In this document: positions 9,612 to 21,441 of the stretch, piece after piece
Layout: the number at the start of each line of letters is the position of its first letter
Numbering within the stretch: the stretch's first letter is position 1
Assembly (NCBI RefSeq): GCF_011045215.1
Contig: NZ_CP049201.1
Length of the DNA: 64,000 bases
Source of the DNA: Escherichia coli
GTDB lineage: Bacteria > Pseudomonadota > Gammaproteobacteria > Enterobacterales > Enterobacteriaceae
Reading direction: 5' to 3' (one strand)
Translations under genes and position numbers: made by a program
The notes under the pieces: generated by a model
What the model was told of the DNA's origin: nothing
The model's input: the letters and a program-made list of their open reading frames with translations, nothing else
The model's database searches: none

Positions 9612-10401
9612 TAATACTAGTGGGACTTCACAACCCGAGTCGCAAGTATGTGTAGTACCGCAAAAAATTACAAATAAATTTAAAATAATGATGAGTAAGG
9701 CTTGTAAAGCACAGAAAATGGTTTTATTGAAAAGAGCAGATGATATTATGTCATGGGAGGGGGAACAACAACGAGATTTTATTAAAGTTTTTGGCCTTAA
9801 AGGCGAGGACATTATAAAAATCAGAAAGGTTGGGGAAGATACTGGGAAACGAATGCAAGCGAGACTATTCATAATGGATGGCATCAGACAAATAATGACG
9901 ATTGCAAATGGTTTGACGATCGAAAGCTATAAAGATTATACGAACTGCAATGAATTTGCTGCTTTTATTAGTCCACATCTTGATCCTCCTTACATTGTAA
10001 ATATCGGAGCGCATTTTGAATACAGACATGGTATAAAACAGTCGGTTACAGGTAGAGACTCTCATGTAAGTACACTTTGCCATGAAATGTCCCATATATT
10101 TTGGTATTGGGGTGACAATCAAAAAGGTGGTATGTGGACTCAGGATTATACGGGTATTAATAAGTTCGCAACAAGTAATAAGGATGAAGTTAGCTATGAG
10201 AAACATGTTTCAGTGGCTAATGATCTGGTTACATTGCGTAAAGATCAGTTATTTGAGAATGCATATAATGTTGAAAGATATTTTTATATAAAATTAAATG
10301 ATGAAGATATTGAAGCTCAAGATGAGAATATGTTAGCAAAAAAAGTAGAGGATAAAATAAAAGAGATAGAAAAATGTTTTGATGAGTTGATGGGGAAATA
10401 A
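9598..10401 (+). CDS. putative T6SS effector, HExxH zinc-metallopeptidase-like
   Basis: Start overlaps vgrG stop by 14 nt; HEMSH motif (LCHEMSHIFWYW); AT-rich versus GC-rich vgrG; the longer listed ORF 9223-10401 is an in-frame read-through of vgrG sequence. Confidence 0.6.
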   Translation: MAGNNNTSGTSQPESQVCVVPQKITNKFKIMMSKACKAQKMVLLKRADDIMSWEGEQQRDFIKVFGLKGEDIIKIRKVGEDTGKRMQARLFIMDGIRQIMTIANGLTIESYKDYTNCNEFAAFISPHLDPPYIVNIGAHFEYRHGIKQSVTGRDSHVSTLCHEMSHIFWYWGDNQKGGMWTQDYTGINKFATSNKDEVSYEKHVSVANDLVTLRKDQLFENAYNVERYFYIKLNDEDIEAQDENMLAKKVEDKIKEIEKCFDELMGK

Positions 10402-10402
10402 G

Positions 10403-11242
10403 ATGAAGAGGTTGGCTTTCTATAATCTAAATTATGTTGTACTGATGGTTTTTTTTCTTTGTTTTTTGCCATTATCTATTGCAATTGCAATAGATAATGA
10501 GAATCTTTTTGTAAAAAAATACAGATTCGGTTTTGAACGAAGAAATGACAATGGGAAACCAATTATTTATCTTAGCCATAATTTAGCGCCAGAGGAAAAT
10601 ATAAGTAATGAATTAACAAATGATGTTGTTGTTAAATTGGTGGTTAAGCCACATGCTGAAAATATTTTAGCTACTATAACTTTTTATAACAGTAGTACTA
10701 AATCGTATTTTCTCCCCAGAATATATTATCCAAAGAACTTCCAAAAAGGAAATGGAGATGTATTTGATGCTTTGTGTGATGACGAATTCTTGATTACATC
10801 AGGAAATATTAGCTTAGACTATCTAGGAGGCTTTTGTCCCTTTGAGCTTGATTTGAATTTGAGCCGATGGGTGGAAATTACGGCAGGTAAAAAAATATCT
10901 TTTGATGTAAAATTGAATGATATGCATTCATTTCTCCCCAGTTTAAATAATTATCATATAAAAACATTAAACTACAAACTTGTTAGGAGAAAATGGTTTG
11001 TATTAAAATCAATTAATGAAACATTCCTCTCTATTTTGATGAAAAGATACTCATGTAATGAATATGATTTTAGAGCTATATCATTTAGTGGAGAGGGATG
11101 TGATAATTATGAATTTGATAAAAATACGTTTTTTTTTGTTAATCAAATATTAGATAAAGATGATGAGCAACATTCTGTTCATATTAGGTCTAATGAATTT
11201 TCCATCAATATCGATGGAAGCTTGGTAAAGCAACCTTATTGA
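10403..11242 (+). CDS. putative cognate immunity protein (exported or membrane-anchored)
   Basis: Starts 2 nt after effector stop; N-terminal hydrophobic signal/anchor (VVLMVFFLCFLPLSIAIA); AT-rich. Confidence 0.5.
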   Translation: MKRLAFYNLNYVVLMVFFLCFLPLSIAIAIDNENLFVKKYRFGFERRNDNGKPIIYLSHNLAPEENISNELTNDVVVKLVVKPHAENILATITFYNSSTKSYFLPRIYYPKNFQKGNGDVFDALCDDEFLITSGNISLDYLGGFCPFELDLNLSRWVEITAGKKISFDVKLNDMHSFLPSLNNYHIKTLNYKLVRRKWFVLKSINETFLSILMKRYSCNEYDFRAISFSGEGCDNYEFDKNTFFFVNQILDKDDEQHSVHIRSNEFSINIDGSLVKQPY

Positions 11243-11299
11243 TTAAAATGTATCGCAGGTTTTATTTTCTGTAATGCTGGTGCATGTGCGTAAATATTT

Positions 11300-11730
11300 C
11301 TTAAGAGCCGGAAACACCTCTTCCGCCTTTATCGACGATAAACCTACCGCCAGAACCGGTGATGCCATTGACTGCGGTGGCGTGGTTAAAGGTGGAGGGC
11401 GATGTGGTGCTGGAGAGCAGCAGCCGGATAAGCCTGAAGGTGGGCGGCTCGTTTGTGGTCATCCATTCAGGGGGCGTGGACATCGTCGGGCCGAAAATCA
11501 ATCTCAATAGCGGCGGTAGTCCGGGAACGCCGGTGCCGACGCTGCAACCGGCGGTTCTGAAAGCGCTGGCAGATGATAAAAGTTTAGCGGCTGAGCAAAA
11601 TGATAGTAATGCATCGTCCGATCAGAATGATAACAACGATGAGGGTGAGGAAGCGCCAGAAAAATCGGTGTGTAAGGAGTGCCTGAAAAGGGCGCAAGAA
11701 GCCGCCGCCGTTTTTGCGCCTCGTGGATAA
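11300..11730 (+). pseudogene. PAAR 3' fragment fused to vgrG 3' fragment (deletion scar of a second PAAR-vgrG copy)
   Basis: 11310-11398 is near-identical to PAAR 3' end (7090-7180); 11398-11560 near-identical to vgrG 9120-9280; a distinct C-terminal tail follows. Confidence 0.7.
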
Positions 11731-11736
11731 GGGAGA

Positions 11737-12506
11737 ATGACAATGATAACAGTATCGCCACACGCTACCGATCAAGACAAATATATTATCTGGCTGAAGC
11801 AAGCTGAATCATTCTGTTCTGCCGCTGGTTTGGATTACATAGATGTGCTTGTTGACCAGGCTGGAACCGACCAACCTTTGCAAAATGATATGCTTCATCT
11901 GTCGCCAGCCATTCACTGGTATGCCCTGTTTGAAGGAACGCCTGAAGCTGAGACGATGGAGTATTCCCCTGTAGTGTTACGCCTGTACTTTGCGCTCAGT
12001 AGCCATCGCAAATTTCTGGCACAACTGATGGCGTCATTTGCTGATACGCCGCGTCTTACTTTGTTGATATCCCCTCTTACATTCGACCTGCTGGGCGGCA
12101 TCTTCAGGTATTGTCACAGGTTCAGTGGGAAGAACAGACCGGATTGCTGCGTTACTATGATAATCGGGTGTTCCCTTTACTGTTCACACATGTTTTGACT
12201 AACGAGCAGCAGGCGACATTTACTGATATTGCGTTGTTCTGGAGCTGGTTAGACCGTGATGGTGAGATTAACTGGAAATCAGGAAGTTTTTCACCAGAAC
12301 GCAGGCTTACTGACAACCCGGAGATGAATCGGGTGGATGATGTACAGGTGGGATTGATGGGCTGTATCTGCGACGCTGAAGTCCTGATGAAGGAGAAAGC
12401 AGTCAGTGAACTCAGTCAGGAAAGCTATTTTGCCCACTGTCTTGATATTGCTTTCAGGGCCAATGACGCGAAATATTTCGGAGCTTTGCGGGACTTCGAA
12501 GGATAA
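11737..12506 (+). pseudogene. hypothetical T6SS accessory protein (adaptor-like position), apparently frameshifted
   Basis: Two overlapping ORFs (11737-12198, 12111-12506) in different frames, directly after the vgrG tail fragment. Confidence 0.35.
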
Positions 12507-12819
12507 TATTGTGGTGATGTACGGGGAGATTTATCTGTTTAAAAGTCCGTAGCTGTTAATATCAAGAGATAATCGTGAAATAAACGGAAAATCAAGCTCG
12601 ACATGTAATGGTAGTATCCATCATGTTGCATTTGTGTTCGATCGTAATGTCAGTTCACTTGGCTGCAATATATTTTGCGTAATATCATCAATGCTCTGTC
12701 GATATTCCAATGTGTGACAATCGAAAGATATGCATTTTATTTGCTTCTATGTCAAAACTTTATTGTCGTAGAAACAATACCCATCAATTAAAATCTCTCA
12801 AAGTAAAAGAACCAGCAAC

Positions 12820-13362
12820 ATGTCCAGCAAAATAAGAAATGGAATGAATATAACAAAAGTAGTTAAAGGCTGTCTGGTATTAATTTTGATGGTGATTTCT
12901 GGTTGCTCAGCAGATAATTACGACGATTATACTGCAGGTGATCTCCGGGCAATAAATCATATTAAAGGTATCAGTATTAATTGGTTCACCGTAAATGGTT
13001 ATCGGGTCCATGGTTTGGGCGGTGGATATTGCTGCATAATGTTACCAAAGAAGTGGCATTCTGGATTAAAAGCCCGGATCGAGTGGGAAGTAGACCCGAC
13101 CCCCCTTGAACCTATTGCAATGAAAAAAGAAGGTTTTGGCTATGAAGAAGATGCTTATGCTAAACATGCTGCAAATTATCAAAAATATAAAGTAATTGTT
13201 GACATCCCGGAATACGGCGCTGAACGTTGTGGCCTGACCGTTCATTTTCTGCCGTGTAATCAGATTAAAGTGACAACCGTCTGCGAGGGCTATGGCACAC
13301 CGAATTATCCTATCAAAGAACCCCGCGAGATGAAGGAACCTGCAACATGTCCAGCAAAATAA
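12820..13362 (+). CDS. lipoprotein, candidate Tle1 immunity (Tli-like)
   Basis: Lipobox ISGC after signal peptide; Cys-rich periplasmic domain; 3' end overlaps tle1 start. Confidence 0.5.
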   Translation: MSSKIRNGMNITKVVKGCLVLILMVISGCSADNYDDYTAGDLRAINHIKGISINWFTVNGYRVHGLGGGYCCIMLPKKWHSGLKARIEWEVDPTPLEPIAMKKEGFGYEEDAYAKHAANYQKYKVIVDIPEYGAERCGLTVHFLPCNQIKVTTVCEGYGTPNYPIKEPREMKEPATCPAK

Positions 13363-15440
13363 GTGGTCTGGCTTTTCCGTGTTATGCCCCCCCGGTGTTC
13401 CCTGAAGATGGGCGATTAATATTATCTGAAGCGCAGGTAAACGCGAACTACCTAAAACAAATCAATAAAACAGAAGAGCACAAAACCAACTGTAGTAAAC
13501 AGGCTGGATTTAGAATTGGCTTTACGTGTAATCAAAGTATGCATATTAGTCTGTTTTTTGATGGTACAAATAATAATGAATATAATGACACTCCTGGACA
13601 CCCAACCAATATTGCCAAACTGTTTCATACGACCTATCAGAACGCAGAAGAACAGGGATATTTTAACTACTATATACCGGGTGTAGGCACACCATTTCCC
13701 AAGATAGGTGAAATGGATTACAGCAACAGCGGGCTGGAGTTCGCTACTGGTGGTGAAGATCGAATTAATTGGGCATTATTACGCCTCGTGGATGCCCTGA
13801 GCTATTCCATTGACCCTTCCCATAAGCGACTGGATGATAATGTGGCAAAAGAGCACATTCCTCTTATGCGCGCTCCCTGGCCTATGACTGGTGAAGTGAA
13901 TCGTCGCAATGTGATTAACCCCTACCTGGAAAAATTACAGGGACTGTTAGAGCAAGCCAGTCCGCGCCTGCTAAACGTAAAGCTGTTTATCTACGGATTT
14001 TCCCGTGGCGCAGCGGAAGCACGAACTTTTGTTAACTGGTTGACTCAGTTAGCTTGCCCGCAGGAGCAACAGGTGATGCTGGCCGGGTTAGCTGTCAGTA
14101 TTGAGTTTTTGGGGCTGCTGGATACCGTAGCTTCTGTGGGGGCGGCGCATGTTTTACCGGGCGCTGCCGGTCATATGGGATGGGCCGATAGTACTCAGCA
14201 ACTCCCTGATGAGAGGCAGTTTCCCGGCCTGATTAAATGCTGCCGCCACTTCGTTGCCGCGCATGAGCAGCGGCTGTGCTTTCCGCTGGATTCAATCCGT
14301 CGTCCAGACGGAAATTATCCTTTAAATGCAGAGGAAATTATCTATCCGGGGATGCACTCTGATGTCGGTGGTGGCTATCCCGTTCGCGATCAGGGGAAGT
14401 CCTGTGGTGACTCAGGCGAAATTCTTTCTCAGATAGCACTGCATGATATGTATCTTGCTGCATTTGATTCAGGAGCACCACTTGCTGTTTATTCTAAATT
14501 TGTTACTCCATTAATAAAAGGTGTGTCGCCTCTGCGAATTATGAGTCCTTCTAGCGTAAAGGAATTTACGATTGCTAATTCATTAACAAAACGCTTCAAC
14601 ATCTGGCGACAAACGCTGCTGAACACCACCTTGCAGGGTACAGAAGAAATGATTGATACGAGGGAAGGTTATCACTCCTATCAACTTGCCCAGGTTCTTG
14701 AAAGCGCAATTAGCGATCAGATCGGCTGGATCACCGCCTGGCGTATCGGTCGCTATGCGAATAACAGCCTTCTTGTGCAACCTTTTTATATTAAGGCGCC
14801 ACAGCTGGATAAAGATGGACTTGATAAAGAGGCTAAAGCGCGTAAAGAACAAATGGAAAATATTGAAAAAGAGCGGGCGAACAAGCAGAAAGGGAATGGC
14901 ACACTTGATGAAAGTAATCAGGGCATTCCTATCCTTGACCCAACCAATGCTCAGTATCAGTTGCGAGAGGCAGCCCGAGAATTTCAGAGCGATTATAAAG
15001 GATGGACGCGCGATATTAACGGCAGCGTCATGGAGAAAGCCATTCAGATTCTTGTGGATGTCATTCCTAAATATCCGGTGTATCTGATTAATGGCGATGA
15101 TGAAGCAAAAGAATATCAGCAAATTAAGGCTATGGGAGACGGACTCTATCCACAATTTTTTATTGATTCACTGGGAACGGGAACGCGTACTCAGCCATGC
15201 GCTGAATTACTGGCCCTCTATGATGACCAGGTTCACGACTCCCGCGCCTGGTTTATGCAAAGTTCGCTGGGTGGACGTGAACCCTGGGGCGGTTATTTTC
15301 GCTACCGCATGATTTACTTCGGTGATGAGGCTAATAAAGAGCTGAAGCTAATCTCTGCAGATGGCAAAGTTGTTGGCGATCAGCCCACATCCAACCGGGT
15401 CATTTATTGGATGGAATCGAAAACGGTGAGCCGAGGTTAA
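13347..15440 (+). CDS. tle1: T6SS phospholipase effector, Tle1 family (DUF2235 alpha/beta hydrolase)
   Basis: 697 aa; GxSxG lipase motif in YGFSRGA; located in the vgrG island. Confidence 0.75.
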   Translation: MSSKISGLAFPCYAPPVFPEDGRLILSEAQVNANYLKQINKTEEHKTNCSKQAGFRIGFTCNQSMHISLFFDGTNNNEYNDTPGHPTNIAKLFHTTYQNAEEQGYFNYYIPGVGTPFPKIGEMDYSNSGLEFATGGEDRINWALLRLVDALSYSIDPSHKRLDDNVAKEHIPLMRAPWPMTGEVNRRNVINPYLEKLQGLLEQASPRLLNVKLFIYGFSRGAAEARTFVNWLTQLACPQEQQVMLAGLAVSIEFLGLLDTVASVGAAHVLPGAAGHMGWADSTQQLPDERQFPGLIKCCRHFVAAHEQRLCFPLDSIRRPDGNYPLNAEEIIYPGMHSDVGGGYPVRDQGKSCGDSGEILSQIALHDMYLAAFDSGAPLAVYSKFVTPLIKGVSPLRIMSPSSVKEFTIANSLTKRFNIWRQTLLNTTLQGTEEMIDTREGYHSYQLAQVLESAISDQIGWITAWRIGRYANNSLLVQPFYIKAPQLDKDGLDKEAKARKEQMENIEKERANKQKGNGTLDESNQGIPILDPTNAQYQLREAAREFQSDYKGWTRDINGSVMEKAIQILVDVIPKYPVYLINGDDEAKEYQQIKAMGDGLYPQFFIDSLGTGTRTQPCAELLALYDDQVHDSRAWFMQSSLGGREPWGGYFRYRMIYFGDEANKELKLISADGKVVGDQPTSNRVIYWMESKTVSRG

Positions 15441-16275
15441 GTTCATAAGATTGAGGGGTTGGTGACCGGGAAAATGTAGACATGTAGTGCCTATTCACCC
15501 CAGTTCAAACCCATCCGCATCCCGCCATGCCGGAAACTTCACACTGTACTCCCAGGGAAAAATCACGTAATGCTGTTTTTTTTGTACTAAATAATTCGCA
15601 TTTTATGTTCAATAATTGAGGTGTTCCTTATTACCTAAAGCTGTTTTTCATTGCTTATACATGATCAAATACTCATTGCATAATTAAGGGGGACAAAATG
15701 GAACTTAAAAAATTGATGGAACATATTTCTATTATCCCCGATTACAGGCAAGCCTGGAAAGTGGAACATAAATTGCCAGATATTCTATCTGTTAACTATT
15801 TGCGCCGTTATTTTTGGTGCATAAGGCTGGGAAGATATAGATGATTTGGGGAAACACATCCCGATTTTTTGAAGTGATATGGTGATTTTGAAAATGGTAT
15901 TCCTGTTCACGATATCATTGCCAGAGTTGTATCCTGTATCAGTCCTGCAAAATTTCATGAGTGCTTTATTAACTGGATGCGTGACTGCCATTCCTCAGAT
16001 GATAAAGATGTCATTGCAATTGATGGAAAAACGCTTCGGCACTCTTATGACAAGAGTCGCCGCAAGGGAGCGATTTATGTCATTAAAATCCGTCTTCATA
16101 TTATTTGCGATGTCCCTGATGAACTTATTGATTTCACGTTTGAATGAAAAGGGCTGAAGAAATTATGCATGGCAGTCTCCTTTCGTTCAATAATAACAGA
16201 ACAAAAGAAAGAGCCAGAAATGACGGACAGATATTATAGCATTTCTGCTGATTTAACCGCAGAGAAGTTCGCCAC

Positions 16276-18337
<2,062 letters not shown>

Positions 18338-18648
18338 TTATTTTCAGGGATACGGAACATCGCTATTAATATTTCAAAGAAAGATAAGATACTCAAGGCA
18401 GGGGCAAGATGTAAGATGTGAAAGCAGCTGCGGACAGAGACTACCTCGCGTCAGTCCTTGCGGGGGCGGGCTTTCGTAATCTTACTCTGCAAGGGATGAT
18501 GAAAAGTGCAACTTTATTCCACGCAGCTATTTAGACAGCGTACAGTAAACAAACGAAAGTTGTTATTTCAATGGTCAGGGCAAGAGCATAAAGTGTTTAC
18601 TACACACTATGCTCTTGTCCTGGAGTCAGGTCTTGTTTGGAGGGATAA

Positions 18649-19152
18649 ATGGTAGATATTGTCGAGGCCGATAAAACGGATATTTATTTCATTCAGGAGA
18701 GTGTTTATGGCAAAATCGGGTTGCCAGCTTTTGGTAATACAATAGGACCATCCGCACAGCAGGTTGTTAAAAAGGTATTCGCTGTCGTTAAAGAACGAGA
18801 TAAAACACATGCAAAACAGAGATTATTGTTGGAATATAATGGTAACAAACTCTGGATGAATGCTATTGATGGCAGTGAAGCTATCCTACCAATAGAATTT
18901 TCTAAGCGATACGAACTTTCATTATTCAATACTACTAATTTTGGAGAAGATCCTTTTCCTGATGTTAATTTATATAATAATATGAAATCAAGTTTTTTTG
19001 TAAGGTTTGGTGGAACATCCCATCCCGAGGCTTGGGCTATTTATAATGCAAGTACGAAAGAGGTTAAATATATAGAAACTGCAAGAGAAATTGATAAAAT
19101 ATTCAGTGATTTTAACTTGAGTGGTGCATTGCCAATTCACATTGGTCAATGA
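18649..19152 (+). CDS. hypothetical protein
   Basis: 167-aa ORF in AT-rich DNA between ISAs1 fragments; no recognisable motif. Confidence 0.4.
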   Translation: MVDIVEADKTDIYFIQESVYGKIGLPAFGNTIGPSAQQVVKKVFAVVKERDKTHAKQRLLLEYNGNKLWMNAIDGSEAILPIEFSKRYELSLFNTTNFGEDPFPDVNLYNNMKSSFFVRFGGTSHPEAWAIYNASTKEVKYIETAREIDKIFSDFNLSGALPIHIGQ

Positions 19153-19218
19153 TTTTTTAAATTGTGTGATTAAATAATTGAACATTAATGATGATTTATA
19201 GCATCATTATTCTATAAC

Positions 19219-19731
19219 ATGAATAAACGGATTGAATGTGTTATGTTAAAAATGAGTTTATACGTAATAATATTGTTATTTTCCTTTCAGATTAGTGCAG
19301 CCATTACTAGCAAGGAAAGTGAGGTTGTTTCACCATTATTAATGGATGTTAATTCTTCACTAACAATGGAAAATATTTCTGAATTATCCACATCATCGGA
19401 ACCATCGCAACAGGGGGTATTTCCTGTAATATGTACTCGACTTCATCCTGGTTCCGTAATGAAACGCCAGTTATTAACCGGCTGGGGGCCTGTTTTTATA
19501 ATTGGTGATGATCCTTTTTCTCTGCGCTGGATGAGTGAACATCTGGAGATCCTTAAATCGCTAAATGCCCTTGGTTTGGTTGTTAATGTTGAATCAGTAG
19601 AACGAATGGAGGTATTACAGCAGCGGGCTGATGGGTTATTGTTATTGCCAGTTATCTGCGATAATTTCGTGCAAACTCTGCAATTAAATGCTTATCCGGT
19701 ATTAATCACAGAGATGGAAATATCACAATGA
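19219..19731 (+). CDS. hypothetical exported or membrane protein
   Basis: 170 aa with N-terminal hydrophobic segment (LYVIILLFSFQISAA); AT-rich. Confidence 0.4.
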   Translation: MNKRIECVMLKMSLYVIILLFSFQISAAITSKESEVVSPLLMDVNSSLTMENISELSTSSEPSQQGVFPVICTRLHPGSVMKRQLLTGWGPVFIIGDDPFSLRWMSEHLEILKSLNALGLVVNVESVERMEVLQQRADGLLLLPVICDNFVQTLQLNAYPVLITEMEISQ

Positions 19732-19759
19732 TTAATAACATAATTACTGCAAATAATAT

Positions 19760-19990
19760 TGTAATTTTGAAAATGGTAATCCTGTTCACGACACCATAAT
19801 TAGAGTTATGTCTTGTATCCGTTCAGTATAATTTCACGAGTGCTTTATTAACTGGATGCGTGACTGCCATTCATCAAATGACAAAGACGTCATCGCGATT
19901 GATGGAAAAGCACTTCCACACTCCTATGATAAAAGTGGTCGCAGGAGAGCGGGCTTTCGTAGTCTTCCCCGACTCTCCCCAGCCCTAAAC
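19760..19990 (+). pseudogene. ISAs1-family (H-repeat) transposase internal fragment (yafF-like)
   Basis: Encodes [53 protein letters not shown]; paralogous to 15890-16060. Confidence 0.6.
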
Positions 19991-20004
19991 ACAACCCCCA
20001 CTCA

Positions 20005-20781
20005 CTACAACCTAAACTCATCCGCATCCCGCCATGCCGGAAACTTATCGCGATATTCCCTTAACACCGCCATCGACAGCTCCGCATCAATGCGCGTTGC
20101 CTGATGCGCGTCGGCAGTAGCGATAATCTCGCCTTGCGGATTAATCACCCGGCTGTCACCGCGATAATGGCAGCCGTTGCCATCGCTGCCGACGCGATTG
20201 CATCCCGCCACATACGCCTGATTCTCAATCGCGCGGGCCGTCAGCAATGCCTGCCAGTGCAGAGAGCGCGGAGCAGGCCAGTTGGCGACGTACAGGGCGA
20301 GGTCATAATCGTTGAGATTGCGCGACCACACAGGAAAACGTAAGTCGTAGCACACCAGCGGCAAAATACGCCAGCCGCGCCATTCCACAATCACTCGCGC
20401 ATTGCCCGATTTATAATGTAGATGCTCATCTGCCATGCGGAACAGATGACGCTTATCATAAAAATGTACCGTGCCGCCCGGCTCAACCAGCAAAAAGCGG
20501 TTAACCGAACCAGACTCCGTTTGTAATGCAACACTGCCTGCAATCAGCGCATTGCACTGCTGCGCTTTAGCTGTCATCCAGTTCACTACGTCATTTTGTG
20601 CTAGCGACGAAGCTGCCGCTTCCATGGCAAAGCCGCTGGTAAACATCTCCGGTAGAACGATCACATCGCGCCCGGTAATACCTTCCAGTTGACGATCAAA
20701 ATGACGCAGGTTGGCAGGACCATCCATCCACACCAGTGGTTGCTGCAAAAGCGTAATCTTCAAACCAGGCACGGTGTACAA
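20005..20781 (-). CDS. yafV: omega-amidase / nitrilase-family hydrolase YafV
   Basis: CN-hydrolase family sequence with conserved catalytic region; expected neighbour of ivy and fadE. Confidence 0.9.
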   Translation of the reverse strand: MYTVPGLKITLLQQPLVWMDGPANLRHFDRQLEGITGRDVIVLPEMFTSGFAMEAAASSLAQNDVVNWMTAKAQQCNALIAGSVALQTESGSVNRFLLVEPGGTVHFYDKRHLFRMADEHLHYKSGNARVIVEWRGWRILPLVCYDLRFPVWSRNLNDYDLALYVANWPAPRSLHWQALLTARAIENQAYVAGCNRVGSDGNGCHYRGDSRVINPQGEIIATADAHQATRIDAELSMAVLREYRDKFPAWRDADEFRL

Positions 20782-20925
20782 CTCCTTTATGCGAAGGGTT
20801 TTATAACTTTAACACCTTATCAGGCAGTTGCCTTAGCGCAGAATAAATTGATAACAAATGCTGATATTGGAAATATCTGATTTGCAAATTATCGTGTTAT
20901 CGCCAGGCTTTAGGAGGTTAATAAC

Positions 20926-21399
20926 ATGGGCAGGATAAGCTCGGGAGGAATGATGTTTAAGGCAATAACGACAGTCGCCGCACTGGTCATCGCCACCAGT
21001 GCAATGGCGCAGGATGATTTAACCATTAGCAGCCTTGCAAAGGGCGAAACCACCAAAGCTGCATTTAATCAGATGGTGCAAGGGCATAAGCTGCCTGCCT
21101 GGGTGATGAAAGGCGGTACTTATACCCCTGCACAAACCGTAACGTTGGGAGATGAGACGTATCAGGTGATGAGCGCGTGCAAACCGCATGACTGTGGCTC
21201 GCAACGTATCGCTGTGATGTGGTCCGAGAAATCTAATCAGATGACGGGGCTGTTCTCGACTATTGATGAGAAAACGTCGCAAGAGAAACTCACCTGGTTG
21301 AATGTGAACGATGCGCTTTCGATTGATGGTAAAACGGTGCTGTTCGCGGCGTTGACCGGCAGCCTGGAAAACCATCCGGATGGCTTTAATTTTAAATAA
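20926..21399 (+). CDS. ivy: inhibitor of vertebrate lysozyme Ivy
   Basis: 157 aa, signal peptide, CKPHDCG motif. Confidence 0.9.
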   Translation: MGRISSGGMMFKAITTVAALVIATSAMAQDDLTISSLAKGETTKAAFNQMVQGHKLPAWVMKGGTYTPAQTVTLGDETYQVMSACKPHDCGSQRIAVMWSEKSNQMTGLFSTIDEKTSQEKLTWLNVNDALSIDGKTVLFAALTGSLENHPDGFNFK

Positions 21400-21441
21400 T
21401 TAGCGGATAAAGAAACGGAGCCTTTCGGCTCCGTTATTCAA

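Noticed and set aside
9223-10401. 392-aa ORF starting inside vgrG
   Set aside because: The first 125 codons are an out-of-frame read of GC-rich vgrG sequence (Arg-rich junk); the plausible start is ATG 9598, where composition changes and the HExxH protein begins.
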